64,000 bases of DNA, taken from contig CAVWHO010000014.1 in NCBI GenBank assembly GCA_963754875.1, positions 1 through 64,000 of the forward strand. Reading direction: 5' to 3'. Numbering within the stretch: position 1 is the stretch's first letter; every line of letters begins with the position of its first letter. This stretch comes from Nitrospirota bacterium. Lineage in GTDB: Bacteria; Nitrospirota; UBA9217. Positions 30,811 to 40,924 of this stretch are shown piece after piece. The translations under genes were made by a program, and so were the position numbers. The notes beneath the pieces were generated by a model that searched no databases, was not told where the DNA came from, and saw only the letters and a list, made by a program, of their open reading frames with translations.

Positions 30811-31692
30811 TTACCAGTTGAACTGGCGGCCGAGGATCATCTTGACGATCAGGTGGTCGGTGCTGCGCGTCATGCCCACGCCGACGCCGAAGTTGAATTC
30901 CCACTTGGGCGACAGGTTCAGGTTGATGGCGGGGAAGATCTGCTGCTCCTGGTCCTGCAGCGGGTCGAAGTTGGTCGCCGGACCCATGGCGCCGTAGTAT
31001 TCCAGGGCTCCGTTGATCTTCTTATTGAAGTTGTAGCTGAACTCGAAGTTCGGGGAGAACTCGAAACCCTTGACGGTGCTCTCGCCGTGCAGCGAGCGTT
31101 CCAGTGCCGGATTGAAGGCAAAATACCAGCGGCCGAGCTGCTTGTCGATGATGGGGCGCAGTTCGTAGGTCCAGGTGTCGGGCGAATATTTGCGGCGCTG
31201 ATAGCCGACCTCCTGGGAGACGCTGACGCCGACCGGCCAGTTCCAACTCTCCGGGACCCGGAATCGGGGACGGATGTGGTCGCCCACCCAGTCCCAGCCG
31301 TCGCCGCTGCGCAGGCTGGTGAAGACGTAGAAGCCGGTCTCGAACCAGGAGTTGAAGCCGTGGGTGATCTCCAGCGTCTCGTGCTCGGCGTGGTTGGTGG
31401 GCGCCATGCCGTCATGCACCGTAGTGCTGCCTTCCACGGTGAAGTTGCTGTGCAACTCGACCATGGTGTGACCGGCCGGGACCGTGTCGGCGCCGTAGAC
31501 CTGAATCTCGTAATTATCCTGGGCGGCGGCGGGGCGCAGCAGCAGGAGCAGCAAAACCGCCGGGGCCAGCGCGGCAAGCAGGGCGGAAGGGCGGAAGTGC
31601 GCCGGAAGGAGAGGCAGCCTGCAGCGGGTTTTCGTCACGAATTCCATCCTTGTCGAGTCTGCTGGAGTCATATCCACATCGCTGAATCCCAA
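30811..31692 (-). CDS. Putative outer-membrane beta-barrel protein (start uncertain)
   Basis: Signal peptide AAA-Q, aromatic-rich strands, C-terminal GRQFNW. Confidence 0.7.
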   Translation of the reverse strand: MGFSDVDMTPADSTRMEFVTKTRCRLPLLPAHFRPSALLAALAPAVLLLLLLRPAAAQDNYEIQVYGADTVPAGHTMVELHSNFTVEGSTTVHDGMAPTNHAEHETLEITHGFNSWFETGFYVFTSLRSGDGWDWVGDHIRPRFRVPESWNWPVGVSVSQEVGYQRRKYSPDTWTYELRPIIDKQLGRWYFAFNPALERSLHGESTVKGFEFSPNFEFSYNFNKKINGALEYYGAMGPATNFDPLQDQEQQIFPAINLNLSPKWEFNFGVGVGMTRSTDHLIVKMILGRQFNW

Positions 31693-31819
31693 TCATTTTA
31701 GGGGAAAACGTGGCCCGCTGAGACGGAAGGCGGAAAAATTCCCGGTGAGGAATTTCGCTCAATTGACTTGTGTGTACGTTTTCTCACAGAGGGCGGCGGG
31801 CCGGCTTGCCGCACGGCGG

Positions 31820-33652
31820 TTATGCTTCCGAATCGGCAGCCACCGGCTCCTGGCCGTTGTCTTCCACGGAATCCCCCTCACCCGGCGCCAGGAAGAGGTT
31901 GGCCTCCAGGCCATGCTGGCGGGTGTAGAGGTCGTAGTAGCGTCCCCGCAGAGCATAGAGCTGGGCATGGGCGCCGCGCTCGATGATGCGGCCGTCTTCA
32001 ATCACCAGGATCTGGTCGGCCGAACGGATGGTCGAAAGTCGGTGGGCGATGACAAACGTCGTGCGCCCGCGCATGAGAAAGCCCAGTCCGTGCTGGATCA
32101 GCGCTTCCGATTCCGAATCGAGGCTGGAGGTGGCTTCATCCAGAATGAGGATCTGCGGATCGGCCAGGATGGCGCGCGCGATGGAGACACGCTGGCGTTG
32201 CCCTCCGGAGAGTTTGACGCCGCGCTCGCCGACGATGGTGTCGTAACCCTGTTCCAAACGTTCGGCGAACTCATCCACGCGGGCGATGCGGCAGGCTTCG
32301 AGGATCTCTTCCGGGCTGGCCTCCGGGCGCGGAAAGGCCACATTTTCCCGAATGCTTCCGTCAAACAGAAACGACTCCTGCAGCACCAGCCCGAGATGGC
32401 GGCGATAGGAGTCGAGCCGGACCGAGGCGAGATCGACGCCATCCACCCGGATCTGTCCGCTGCCGGGGGTATAGAAGGCGGAGATCAGGCCGATGATGGT
32501 CGATTTGCCGGATCCAGAGGAGCCCACCAGGGCGGTCACCGTGCCCGGTTCGGCGTCGAAGCAGACGTCGTGCAGCACTTCCTTGCCGGTTTCGTAGGCG
32601 AACGAAACGTGGTCGAAGACGATTTCGCCGCGCACCGGGCCGAGGGCATGCGAACGGCGGGGATCGGCGTCTTCCGGCCGTTCCTGCAGCACCTCGTTGG
32701 TGCGCTCCAGCCCGGCCACGGCCTCGGTCAACTGGGTGCCGATGTTGACGATGGCGGTCATGGGGGCCACCAGGTAGGCGAGGAAGAGGTTGTAGGTGAC
32801 AAAGTCGCCCAGCGTCATCTGGCCGCTGAGAATGCGGTGCGTGCCCATCGCCATGACCAGCGCTGCCACCACGCCCAGCAGCACGGTGGAGGACAGGCTC
32901 ATCAGCGAGGTCGCGGTGAGCGAGCTGAACACGTTTTCCAGCAGCCGCTGCACGCCGGCGGCGAAGACCTGATGCTCGCGCGCTTCGGCCTGGTAGCCCT
33001 TGACCACGCGGATGCCGCCCAGGGACTCGGTCAGCCGGCCGGTGACCTCGGCGTTGATCCGGCGGCGTTCGCGGAATACCGGACGGATGGTGGCGAAGGC
33101 CTTGCGGATGACCCCGGTGAAGGCCAGGATGCAGCCCAGCGCCAGCACCGTCATCACGACGCTGATGCGCATCAGCACGACCAGCGACAGCAGCGCGGTC
33201 AGCAGTCCGCCTACGAACTGGATCAATCCCGTGCCCACCAGGTTGCGCACACCCTCCACGTCGCTCATGATGCGTGCGGTCAGGGCTCCGGTGCGATTGG
33301 CGTCGTAGTACGACAACGGCAGGCGGCTGATGTGGGCCTGCACCTGCAGGCGCAACTGGGCGATCAGGCGCTGCGCTTCCTTGGAGAGAACCTGCGTCAG
33401 CGTGTAGGAGCTCACCGCCTGTACCGTGGTGGCGGCCAGGACGGCGAGCAGCAGCGGCGTCAACAGCGCGAGCTGATGATGGCCGATGACGTCGTCAATC
33501 AGGTACTTGGTGGACGCTGGCAGCACCAGCCCTGCGCTTCGATTGAGCAGCATCAGCAGAAAACCCCCGGAGAGCAGCAGGCGGCGGGGTTTCAGCAGCG
33601 CCCAGACCAGGGGCAGGCTGCGGTACAGCGGCGGTCGTGAACTCTCGGCCAT
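31820..33652 (-). CDS. ABC transporter, fused permease and ATPase (MsbA/MdlB-like)
   Basis: GSSGSGKS, LSGGQRQR, ILDEATS and AHRLST. Confidence 0.95.
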   Translation of the reverse strand: MAESSRPPLYRSLPLVWALLKPRRLLLSGGFLLMLLNRSAGLVLPASTKYLIDDVIGHHQLALLTPLLLAVLAATTVQAVSSYTLTQVLSKEAQRLIAQLRLQVQAHISRLPLSYYDANRTGALTARIMSDVEGVRNLVGTGLIQFVGGLLTALLSLVVLMRISVVMTVLALGCILAFTGVIRKAFATIRPVFRERRRINAEVTGRLTESLGGIRVVKGYQAEAREHQVFAAGVQRLLENVFSSLTATSLMSLSSTVLLGVVAALVMAMGTHRILSGQMTLGDFVTYNLFLAYLVAPMTAIVNIGTQLTEAVAGLERTNEVLQERPEDADPRRSHALGPVRGEIVFDHVSFAYETGKEVLHDVCFDAEPGTVTALVGSSGSGKSTIIGLISAFYTPGSGQIRVDGVDLASVRLDSYRRHLGLVLQESFLFDGSIRENVAFPRPEASPEEILEACRIARVDEFAERLEQGYDTIVGERGVKLSGGQRQRVSIARAILADPQILILDEATSSLDSESEALIQHGLGFLMRGRTTFVIAHRLSTIRSADQILVIEDGRIIERGAHAQLYALRGRYYDLYTRQHGLEANLFLAPGEGDSVEDNGQEPVAADSEA

Positions 33653-33774
33653 GAGTTCAGTGTAACGGGTTGGGCCGCCGCCGTGAGTGGGCCGTACGGA
33701 GCGGGGCAGGGAACGCCGCTCCCCGGCGATGATCGAAGCCGAAGGCCAAGGCCCGCCTCTGGTAAACTTTGTCC

Positions 33775-34554
33775 ATGAGCGACGAACTTGTCATTGCCGG
33801 GAAACGCTTTGCGTCACGCCTGATCGTCGGTACGGGCAAGTACCGCAGCATGGAAGAGACGGCGCGTTGCCTGGAGCTATCCGGGGCGGATATGGTGACG
33901 GTGGCGGTCCGCCGGGTGAACATCACCGATCGCACCCAGGAAAACCTGCTGGATTATCTGGATCTGTCGCGGACGGCGATTCTGCCCAACACGGCTGGCT
34001 GCTACACCGCCGAGGAGGCCATCCGGACCGCCCGCCTGGCGCGGGAGGCGCTGGATAACCCGTGGGTCAAGCTGGAGGTGATCGGGGACCAGGCCACGCT
34101 GTTTCCGGACACCTTCGCTCTGCTGGAGGCGACGCGTGTTCTGGCCAAAGAGGGGTTCATCGTGCTGCCCTACACCAACGACGACATCATCACCGCCCGC
34201 CGGCTGGTGGATGCCGGCGCGGCCGCGGTGATGCCGCTGGCGGCTCCCATTGGCTCGGGGCTGGGCATCCAGAACATTCCGGCCATGAAGATTCTGCGTG
34301 AAATGATTCAAACCGTGCCGCTGATCATTGATGCCGGGGTGGGCTGTGCCTCCGACGCCGTGGTAGCCATGGAACTGGGCGCCGACGCAATCCTGATGAA
34401 TACGGCCATTGCCGCCGCCCGTGATCCCGAACAGATGGCGGTCGCCATGAAACTGGCGGTTCAGTCGGGCCGCCTGTCCTGGCTGGCCGGCCGCATGCCC
34501 CGGCGCCTGTACGCCAACGCCTCGTCGCCCCTGGAGGGCGTCATCTCCCGCTAG
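33775..34554 (+). CDS. thiG: Thiazole synthase
   Basis: [25 protein letters not shown] and [10 protein letters not shown]. Confidence 0.97.
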   Translation: MSDELVIAGKRFASRLIVGTGKYRSMEETARCLELSGADMVTVAVRRVNITDRTQENLLDYLDLSRTAILPNTAGCYTAEEAIRTARLAREALDNPWVKLEVIGDQATLFPDTFALLEATRVLAKEGFIVLPYTNDDIITARRLVDAGAAAVMPLAAPIGSGLGIQNIPAMKILREMIQTVPLIIDAGVGCASDAVVAMELGADAILMNTAIAAARDPEQMAVAMKLAVQSGRLSWLAGRMPRRLYANASSPLEGVISR

Positions 34555-34661
34555 AGCGCGACCGCCGGATCTTTGCCGGAGCACTGGTGACGGCGCAACG
34601 GTGGAGAGTGAAGCGTGGAGCGAAAAAGCTTCCGGCATCTCGTCTCTTTCGCCATGCGACT

Positions 34662-34742
34662 GCAGGATAGGCAGTCCTGCCTGTTCTTTTGGCTGCTGCC
34701 TTCCACCCATGCCAAAAGAACAGGCAAGACTGCCTGCGCTAC
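34662..34742. repeat. REP doublet (REPIN-like) hairpin
   Basis: AGGCAGTCCTGCCTGTTCTTTTGGC...GCCAAAAGAACAGGCAAGACTGCCTGCGCTAC; each arm is itself palindromic; GTAG end on the minus strand. Confidence 0.7.
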
Positions 34743-34972
34743 GATGTCCTTCCCGGCGTTCTGCCCGCGCCGGAGCAGGTGTGTCACAGACTAGCCAACG
34801 CTGCCATTTTCAATCGGTCGCGGTACCAGGGAGCGACCGCCGGATGGTTGCCGGGGTCGCTTCACCTGGGGCTACCAACCGTCGCCGCTCCGCGGCGAAA
34901 GACTGTGTTCAGATGGCGACAGGTTCAACCGGATCGGACTATGCACCAGCGCGGTTCCGGTCCGGGCTGACG

Positions 34973-35341
34973 TTATGGCGTTGGCTGGGCCTGGCTGTTC
35001 CGGATGTCGTCCACGCCGCGATGCTGGCCGCCGTAGGTGAAGACCACCTCTCCCGGTTTGGTCAGATGCAACTGTTCCCGGGCAATCCGTTCAATCGCAG
35101 TGGGGTCGGACTTCAACTGCTGAATGCTGTGGTGCAGGTCCCGGTTCTGGGCCTGCAGGTGCTGCAGGCTTTTGACCGCGTTGTCGTATTCCCGCTGCTT
35201 CTGCAGCAGAGCGAGATAGCCGTTCGGTCCAAAGACTTCGAATCGTCCCAGCAGGACGGTGAGCCCCAGCAGCAGGAACAGCGATAGCTTTTGCCCAATG
35301 AGACGGTGCCAGAAGCCGTCTTTTGAAGGTATCCCATTCAC
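34973..35341 (-). CDS. ftsB: Septum formation initiator FtsB/DivIC
   Basis: TM plus coiled coil; IERIAREQLHLTKPGE. Confidence 0.85.
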   Translation of the reverse strand: MNGIPSKDGFWHRLIGQKLSLFLLLGLTVLLGRFEVFGPNGYLALLQKQREYDNAVKSLQHLQAQNRDLHHSIQQLKSDPTAIERIAREQLHLTKPGEVVFTYGGQHRGVDDIRNSQAQPTP

Positions 35342-35726
35342 GGTTGTCTACATCTCCTCAAGGAAGCGGACGGGCATTGCGAAGAACGTGTGTGCCGAAG
35401 CGGGAGGAGGGGGGCGCTTTCGGCGCATCGCGGCTTGGTCTTCAGGTTCAGGCAGCGCTGCCATCGGTTTGGGATTTCCCGGCGCGCTCGTGATTCCGGA
35501 CTGCCGTCGATTCAGCGGAGATCTCTGTTGAATCTCCTTCTTCCACTCTGCGGAGAAGTCCATTCCCTGTCAAGATGAACAAGGCAAATGAACCACGAAA
35601 GACAGGTTTGCCTTTTGCGTGGAGGGAACTGGCGGGCCAGCCAGGACCAGGGACCGTTTCCGGCGCGCCGGGCGGACATCAGCCTGGGAAAACGGGAGCG
35701 CGGCGGATTGAGGAGATCCATGCGAC

Positions 35727-36059
35727 ATGGCGGAGAATGACGAGCGGAAAATTCTGGTCTACCTGACCTGTTCGAACCTGGTCGAGGCGGAAATGATCGT
35801 CAAGGAGTTGCTGCAGCGGCGTCTGATCGCCTGCGGCACGGTCGGTACCCACGCCCATTCCTACTTCCGATGGGAGGGACGGAACGCGGAGTCAACGGAA
35901 TATCAGGTGGTCCTCAAGTCGTCGATGCGATGCTTCACTGAACTGGAGCAGGAGGTGCGCCGGATGCATTCGTATGAGGTGCCCGAAATTCTGGCGGTGC
36001 CGGTGCTCGCCGGAAGCGAGCCGTATCTGCGCTGGATGGAAGAGAACCTGAAACCATAA
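35727..36059 (+). CDS. cutA: Divalent-cation tolerance protein CutA
   Basis: LIACG, YFRWEG and HSYEVPEI. Confidence 0.92.
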   Translation: MAENDERKILVYLTCSNLVEAEMIVKELLQRRLIACGTVGTHAHSYFRWEGRNAESTEYQVVLKSSMRCFTELEQEVRRMHSYEVPEILAVPVLAGSEPYLRWMEENLKP

Positions 36060-36091
36060 AGCGGCGCCCCGGTCTGCCGGGACGCCGCTTT
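36059..36091. terminator. Bidirectional intrinsic terminator between cutA and gcvPB
   Basis: AAAGCGGCGCCCCGG-tctg-CCGGGACGCCGCTTT. Confidence 0.7.
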
Positions 36092-36115
36092 ATGCGTTTG
36101 TACTGCGAATCGAGA

Positions 36116-37614
36116 TCAGCGGTTCGGACGCTTCCAGCGCAGGATGGGTTTGCGCGCGGCGGTGGCCTCGTCGAGGCGCGAAATGCGGGTGGTGTGGGGC
36201 GCGCTCAGCACCAGTTCCGGCTGCGTCGCAGCCTCCTCCGCCACGGCTTTCATGGCATCGATGAACTCGTCGAGGTCTTCCTTGCTGGCGCTTTCGGTGG
36301 GCTCGATCATCAGCGCGCCGGGAACCACCAGCGGGAAGGAAACCGTGTAGGGATGGAAGCCGTAGTCGATCAGACGCTTGGCGATGTCGCCGGTGTGCAC
36401 GCCCTTTGCCGTCTGCTTTTTGTCGCTGAAGACGACCTCGTGCATGGAGGGCGTATCGTAGGGCAGCTCGAAGACGCCTTCGAGCTGCTTGCGGATGTAG
36501 TTGGCGTTGAGCACGGCGTCCTCGGTGGTCTGGCGCAGGCCATCGGATCCGTTGGCCTGAATGTAGGCCAGCGCGCGCGTGAACATGCCGAAGTTGCCGT
36601 AAAAGGCGCGAACGCGGCCGATGGAGTGGGGCCGGTCAAACTCGATGGCAGGGGCGCCATCGGCGCGGGTCACCAGCACCGGCACGGGCAGGAAGGGCTC
36701 CAGTTCGCGCTTGACCGCGACCGGGCCGGAGCCGGGACCGCCGCCTCCGTGCGGAGTGGAGAAGGTCTTGTGCAGGTTGAGATGCATCACATCCACGCCA
36801 AAGTCGCCGGGACGGGCGCGGCCCACCAGCGCGTTCATGTTGGCGCCATCCATGTAGAGCAGCCCGCCGCGTTCATGCACCAGGTCGGCGATGCGCGTGA
36901 ATGTCTTCCTCGAAGATGCCGAGCGTGTTGGGGTTGGTCAGCATCAGCGCGGCTACATCGCCGTTCATCTGCCGGTCGAGGGCGGACAGATCGACCGTGC
37001 CCTGGGCATTCGAGGAGAGTTTTTCGACCTGGTAGCCGGCGATGGCGGCGGTGGCGGGGTTGGTGCCATGCGCGGAATCGGGGATGAGCACCTTTTTGCG
37101 CGCGATCGCCGCGGGCTTCGAGGCAGGCGCGCACCATCAGGATGCCGGTCAGCTCGCCCTGGGCTCCGGCGGCGGGCTGCAGCGTGATGGCATCCATGCC
37201 GGTAATCTCCAGCAGCGCCTGGCTGAGCTCCTGCATGACGCGCAGGGCTCCGCCGGAGAGCGACTCGGGCTGCAGCGGGTGCCCGTCTCCCAGCCCTTCC
37301 AGCCGCGTGACGAACTCATTGATGCGCGCGTTGTACTTCATCGTGCAGGAACCCAGGGGATAGAGTCCGCTGTCGACGCCGTAGTTCCAGGTGCTCAGGC
37401 GCGTATAGTGGCGGATGACTTCCAGTTCACTGACTTCGGGGAAGTCCGGAATGTCTTCCCGAACCCGGGGCAGAACGGTGCTGGCGTCCACGGCGGGTAC
37501 GTCCAGCGGCGGCAACTGGTAGCCGTGCTTTCCCGGAGAGGAGATCTCGAAGATCAGGTTCTCGTTCTGAACCAGATGACGGGAGGCGCGGCGGTTGGCT
37601 TCAGAGGCTGACAT
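36116..37614 (-). CDS. gcvPB: Glycine dehydrogenase subunit 2 (two frameshifts)
   Basis: [35 protein letters not shown] and MIEPTESA. Confidence 0.93.
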
Positions 37615-37672
37615 GGCGTTTCCCTACTCAGGGCAAGGGGTGGAGCCGGCTCCACCCGAAAACAAAAATGGG

Positions 37673-39025
37673 TTAGCGCGCCGCCGCGGTGGATTGCGCG
37701 GCTCCGGCGCAGACCGCGGCGAAACGCTCGATGCGTTCGCGCGGAACCGTTTCGGTGACGCAGACCAGCAGGGCCTCGCCCAGTTCCGGATAGTCGCGTT
37801 GCAGCGGCAGTCCGCCGATGATCCTGACTTCGCTCAGGCGCTGCTGCAGTTCCTCGGCGGGAACCTGCGGGCGAATGACGAATTCATGGAAGCGGGCGCC
37901 GGGGAAGAGCACCTCGATGCCGGCATTGGCAAAGGCGCGGGCCGCGAAATGGGCTTTGGCCAGGTTGTGCGCAGCCAACTCGCGCAGGCCGGCGCGTCCC
38001 ATCGTGCTCATGAAAATACTGGCCATGAGCGCGCACAGGGCCTGGTTGGTGCAGATGTTTGACGTCGCCTTCTCGCGGCGGATGTGCTGCTCGCGGGTGG
38101 AAAGGGTGAGGACGAAGCCGCGCCGCCCCTGCCCGTCGCGGGCTTCACCCACCAGGCGGCCGGGCAGGCTGCGCACGTACTTTTCGCGCGTGGCCAGCAC
38201 TCCGGCGTAAGGTCCGCCGAAGCCCACCGGGATGCCAAAGCCCTGCAGTTCCATGGCCACGATATCGGCCGCGGCCGGAGGCGGCAGCAGTCCCAGCGTG
38301 ACCGGATCGGTGATCACCGCCACCAGCAGCGCGCCTCGCGCGTGGGCCATCTCCGCCGCCGCTTCCCAGTCCTCCACCGTTCCGAAAAAGTTGGGGCTCT
38401 GTACCACGACCGCGGCCGTGTTGTCGTCAATGGACGCTGCCAGCGCATCCGCATCGAAGCTTCCGTCCGGCCGGTAGCCAAACTCTGCGACGGTCAGTTC
38501 CCGGTAGCGGATATAAGTATCGAGAACTTCGCGATACTGCGGATGGACGGTGCGCGCGATGACGGAGTGGGTGCGGCCGGTGATGCGCGCCGCCATCATC
38601 ACCGCCTCGGCCATCGCGGTGGAGCCGTCATAGACCGAGGCGTTGGCCAGCTCCTGTCCGGTAAGCTGGCAGATCATGGTCTGGAACTCGAAGATCGACT
38701 GCAGGGTTCCCTGGCCGATCTCCGGCTGATAGGGCGTGTAGGCGCTGAACCATTCGCCACGCGAAATCAGCATGTCGATGTGGACCGGGCGCTCGTGATG
38801 ATAGGCGCCGGCGCCCAGAAACGAGGTGAATCCCGGCGCGTTGTCACCAGCCGCCGCGCGAAAAAAATCCAGAATCTCGCGTTCCGATTTCCCGGTGGGA
38901 AGGTTCAGCGGCCGGTTGAGGCGGCAGTACTCGGGGATGTGCGAAAACAGCTCATCCACCGACGCGATGCCAAGCGTCTCCAGCATCTGCCGGCGCAACT
39001 CCTCGGAGGTAGGCAGGTAACGCAT
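37673..39025 (-). CDS. gcvPA: Glycine dehydrogenase subunit 1
   Basis: AYTPYQPEIGQG and REQHIRREKATSNICTNQ. Confidence 0.96.
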   Translation of the reverse strand: MRYLPTSEELRRQMLETLGIASVDELFSHIPEYCRLNRPLNLPTGKSEREILDFFRAAAGDNAPGFTSFLGAGAYHHERPVHIDMLISRGEWFSAYTPYQPEIGQGTLQSIFEFQTMICQLTGQELANASVYDGSTAMAEAVMMAARITGRTHSVIARTVHPQYREVLDTYIRYRELTVAEFGYRPDGSFDADALAASIDDNTAAVVVQSPNFFGTVEDWEAAAEMAHARGALLVAVITDPVTLGLLPPPAAADIVAMELQGFGIPVGFGGPYAGVLATREKYVRSLPGRLVGEARDGQGRRGFVLTLSTREQHIRREKATSNICTNQALCALMASIFMSTMGRAGLRELAAHNLAKAHFAARAFANAGIEVLFPGARFHEFVIRPQVPAEELQQRLSEVRIIGGLPLQRDYPELGEALLVCVTETVPRERIERFAAVCAGAAQSTAAAR

Positions 39026-39032
39026 GGGTCGG

Positions 39033-39422
39033 TTATTCCTTGTCCTCGCCGATGAAGGCGTCGTATTCCGCCGCAGTCATCAGACTCTGAATCTGGTCCG
39101 GATCGCTGAGTTGCACCTTGAGCAGCCAGGCGCCGGTGTACGGTTCGGTGTTGAGCAGTTCGGGGCTGGCGGAGAGGGTTTCGTTAAGTTCCAGCACCGT
39201 TCCGCTGACCGGAGCAAAGATCTCCGAGACGGCCTTGACCGATTCGACCGTTCCAAACGATTCACCGGCGGTGATGGTGGAGCCCACAGGGGGCATCTCG
39301 ACATAGACGATGTCGCCCAGGGAGTGCTGGGCGTAATCGGTGATACCGATCTCGGCCTGCTCGCCCAGGGGACGAACCCATTCGTGCTCTTTGGTGTAGC
39401 GGTAATCAGAAGGAGTAGCCAT
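39033..39422 (-). CDS. gcvH: Glycine cleavage H protein
   Basis: YTKEHEW, GITDYAQ and VESVKAVS (lipoyl Lys). Confidence 0.97.
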   Translation of the reverse strand: MATPSDYRYTKEHEWVRPLGEQAEIGITDYAQHSLGDIVYVEMPPVGSTITAGESFGTVESVKAVSEIFAPVSGTVLELNETLSASPELLNTEPYTGAWLLKVQLSDPDQIQSLMTAAEYDAFIGEDKE

Positions 39423-39503
39423 GCGGATTCCTTGTCTGCACACTGCCGCGCACCGGGTGCGGACCCGGACGGCAATCCTAGCTTTGTTCAATCGAATCGC
39501 TCT

Positions 39504-40616
39504 CTAGCGGGAGCGCTTGTAAAACGGCGTTGGCACCACGCGGGCGCGGACGCCGCGGGTGCGAATCCGGATCTCCAGTTCCGTGCCGGCCTCCGCCAGG
39601 GCAACGGGAACGTAGGCCATCCCGATGTTCTTTCCCAGGCTGGGGGCGGGTGACCCGCTGGTGACGTGCCCGATCTGTCTCCCCTGGTCAACCACGGCAT
39701 AGCCATCCCGGGCGATGCCCGGTTCCAGCATCTCAAAGCCCACCAGCCGGCGTTCGAGGCCCTGCTGCCGCTGCCCTTCCAGTGCTGCCTTGCCGAGGAA
39801 GTCTGGTTTGGCGAACTTCACGATCCAGCCCAGGTTGGCTTCCAGCGCGGTGGTAGTGCCATCAATCTCGTGACCGTACAGCGCCATGCCCGCCTCCAGG
39901 CGCAGCGTGTTGCGCGCGCCCAGTCCGCAGGGCACAATGCCTTCCGGCTGACCCGCCTCCAACATCGCTTCCCACATCCGTTCCGCGTGCTCCGGAGCGA
40001 AATAGATCTCGAAGCCGTCTTCGCCGGTGTAGCCGGTGCGGGCGATGATGCTCTCCACGCCCGCTACGGTGCCCGTGGTGAACCAGTAGTAACGAATGGG
40101 GGCGAGGGGAGTCCCGGTCAGCTTCTGCAGTACTTCCAGCGCGCGTGGCCCCTGGAGGGCAAGCTGAGCGAAGCGCTCGCCCACATCTTCCACCGTGGCT
40201 TCGAAACGGTTGTGCTGGCAGATGTACTGGTAGTCCTGCTCACGGTTGCCGGCGTTGACCACCAGCCAGTAGTGGTCATCCGAAAATTTGTGGACCAGCA
40301 GGTCATCCACAAACGTGCCGCGGTCGGTCATCAGGCCGGAGTAGTGTGCCTGGCCCACGGCCAGCCGCGAGGCATCATTGGAGGTCACCGACTGTACCAG
40401 AGCCAGCGCCTGCGGTCCGCGCACGTCGATTTCGCCCATGTGACTGACGTCAAACAGGCCGGCGGCGGTGCGGACGGCGCGATGTTCCGGGATGATGCCG
40501 GTGTACTCGACGGGCATGTCCCATCCGCCGAAAGGCACCATTTTGGCCTTCATGCGGCGGTGGACAGCGTTGAGAGCGGTGCGCCGAAGCTCGGCAGCGG
40601 TGGCGGCGTCGGTCAA
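39504..40616 (-). CDS. gcvT: Aminomethyltransferase
   Basis: [27 protein letters not shown] and LRLEAGM. Confidence 0.97.
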   Translation of the reverse strand: MTDAATAAELRRTALNAVHRRMKAKMVPFGGWDMPVEYTGIIPEHRAVRTAAGLFDVSHMGEIDVRGPQALALVQSVTSNDASRLAVGQAHYSGLMTDRGTFVDDLLVHKFSDDHYWLVVNAGNREQDYQYICQHNRFEATVEDVGERFAQLALQGPRALEVLQKLTGTPLAPIRYYWFTTGTVAGVESIIARTGYTGEDGFEIYFAPEHAERMWEAMLEAGQPEGIVPCGLGARNTLRLEAGMALYGHEIDGTTTALEANLGWIVKFAKPDFLGKAALEGQRQQGLERRLVGFEMLEPGIARDGYAVVDQGRQIGHVTSGSPAPSLGKNIGMAYVPVALAEAGTELEIRIRTRGVRARVVPTPFYKRSR

Positions 40617-40924
40617 ATGTCCCTCCGAAGCAACTTGTAAGTTAACACGCGGCAGGGAAGGGGCTCAAGCGACGAGTCTGTGACTCACCCGCGGCGGCGC
40701 CGGGCACACACATTCCACTGTTTGCGGGGCTGACCCGTGCCGCCCTTCCCCTTCAGTGTACTCCTCCTGAAAGCCCCGTTTGTCCAGTTCGCGTCCTGGA
40801 AATGGTATGGACAATCCGGTCGAAGTATCCCGGCTTCATGGCCGGCGATGCGTTCCCACTCCGCGTGGGGTATTCTGCATGCGGGAGAATTTTCCATTTG
40901 GCTCGTGGGCTCGTGTTTTCCTGC

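Noticed and set aside
33653..33774. TPP riboswitch upstream of thiG
   Set aside because: No CUGAGA core motif in the short divergent spacer.
36116..37614. gcvPB as a pseudogene or programmed frameshift
   Set aside because: All motifs are intact within a complete operon; indel errors are common in this window.
40617..40920. Glycine riboswitch upstream of gcvT
   Set aside because: I could not find the GGAGA..CCGAAG..CUCUCAGG core in the correct arrangement.
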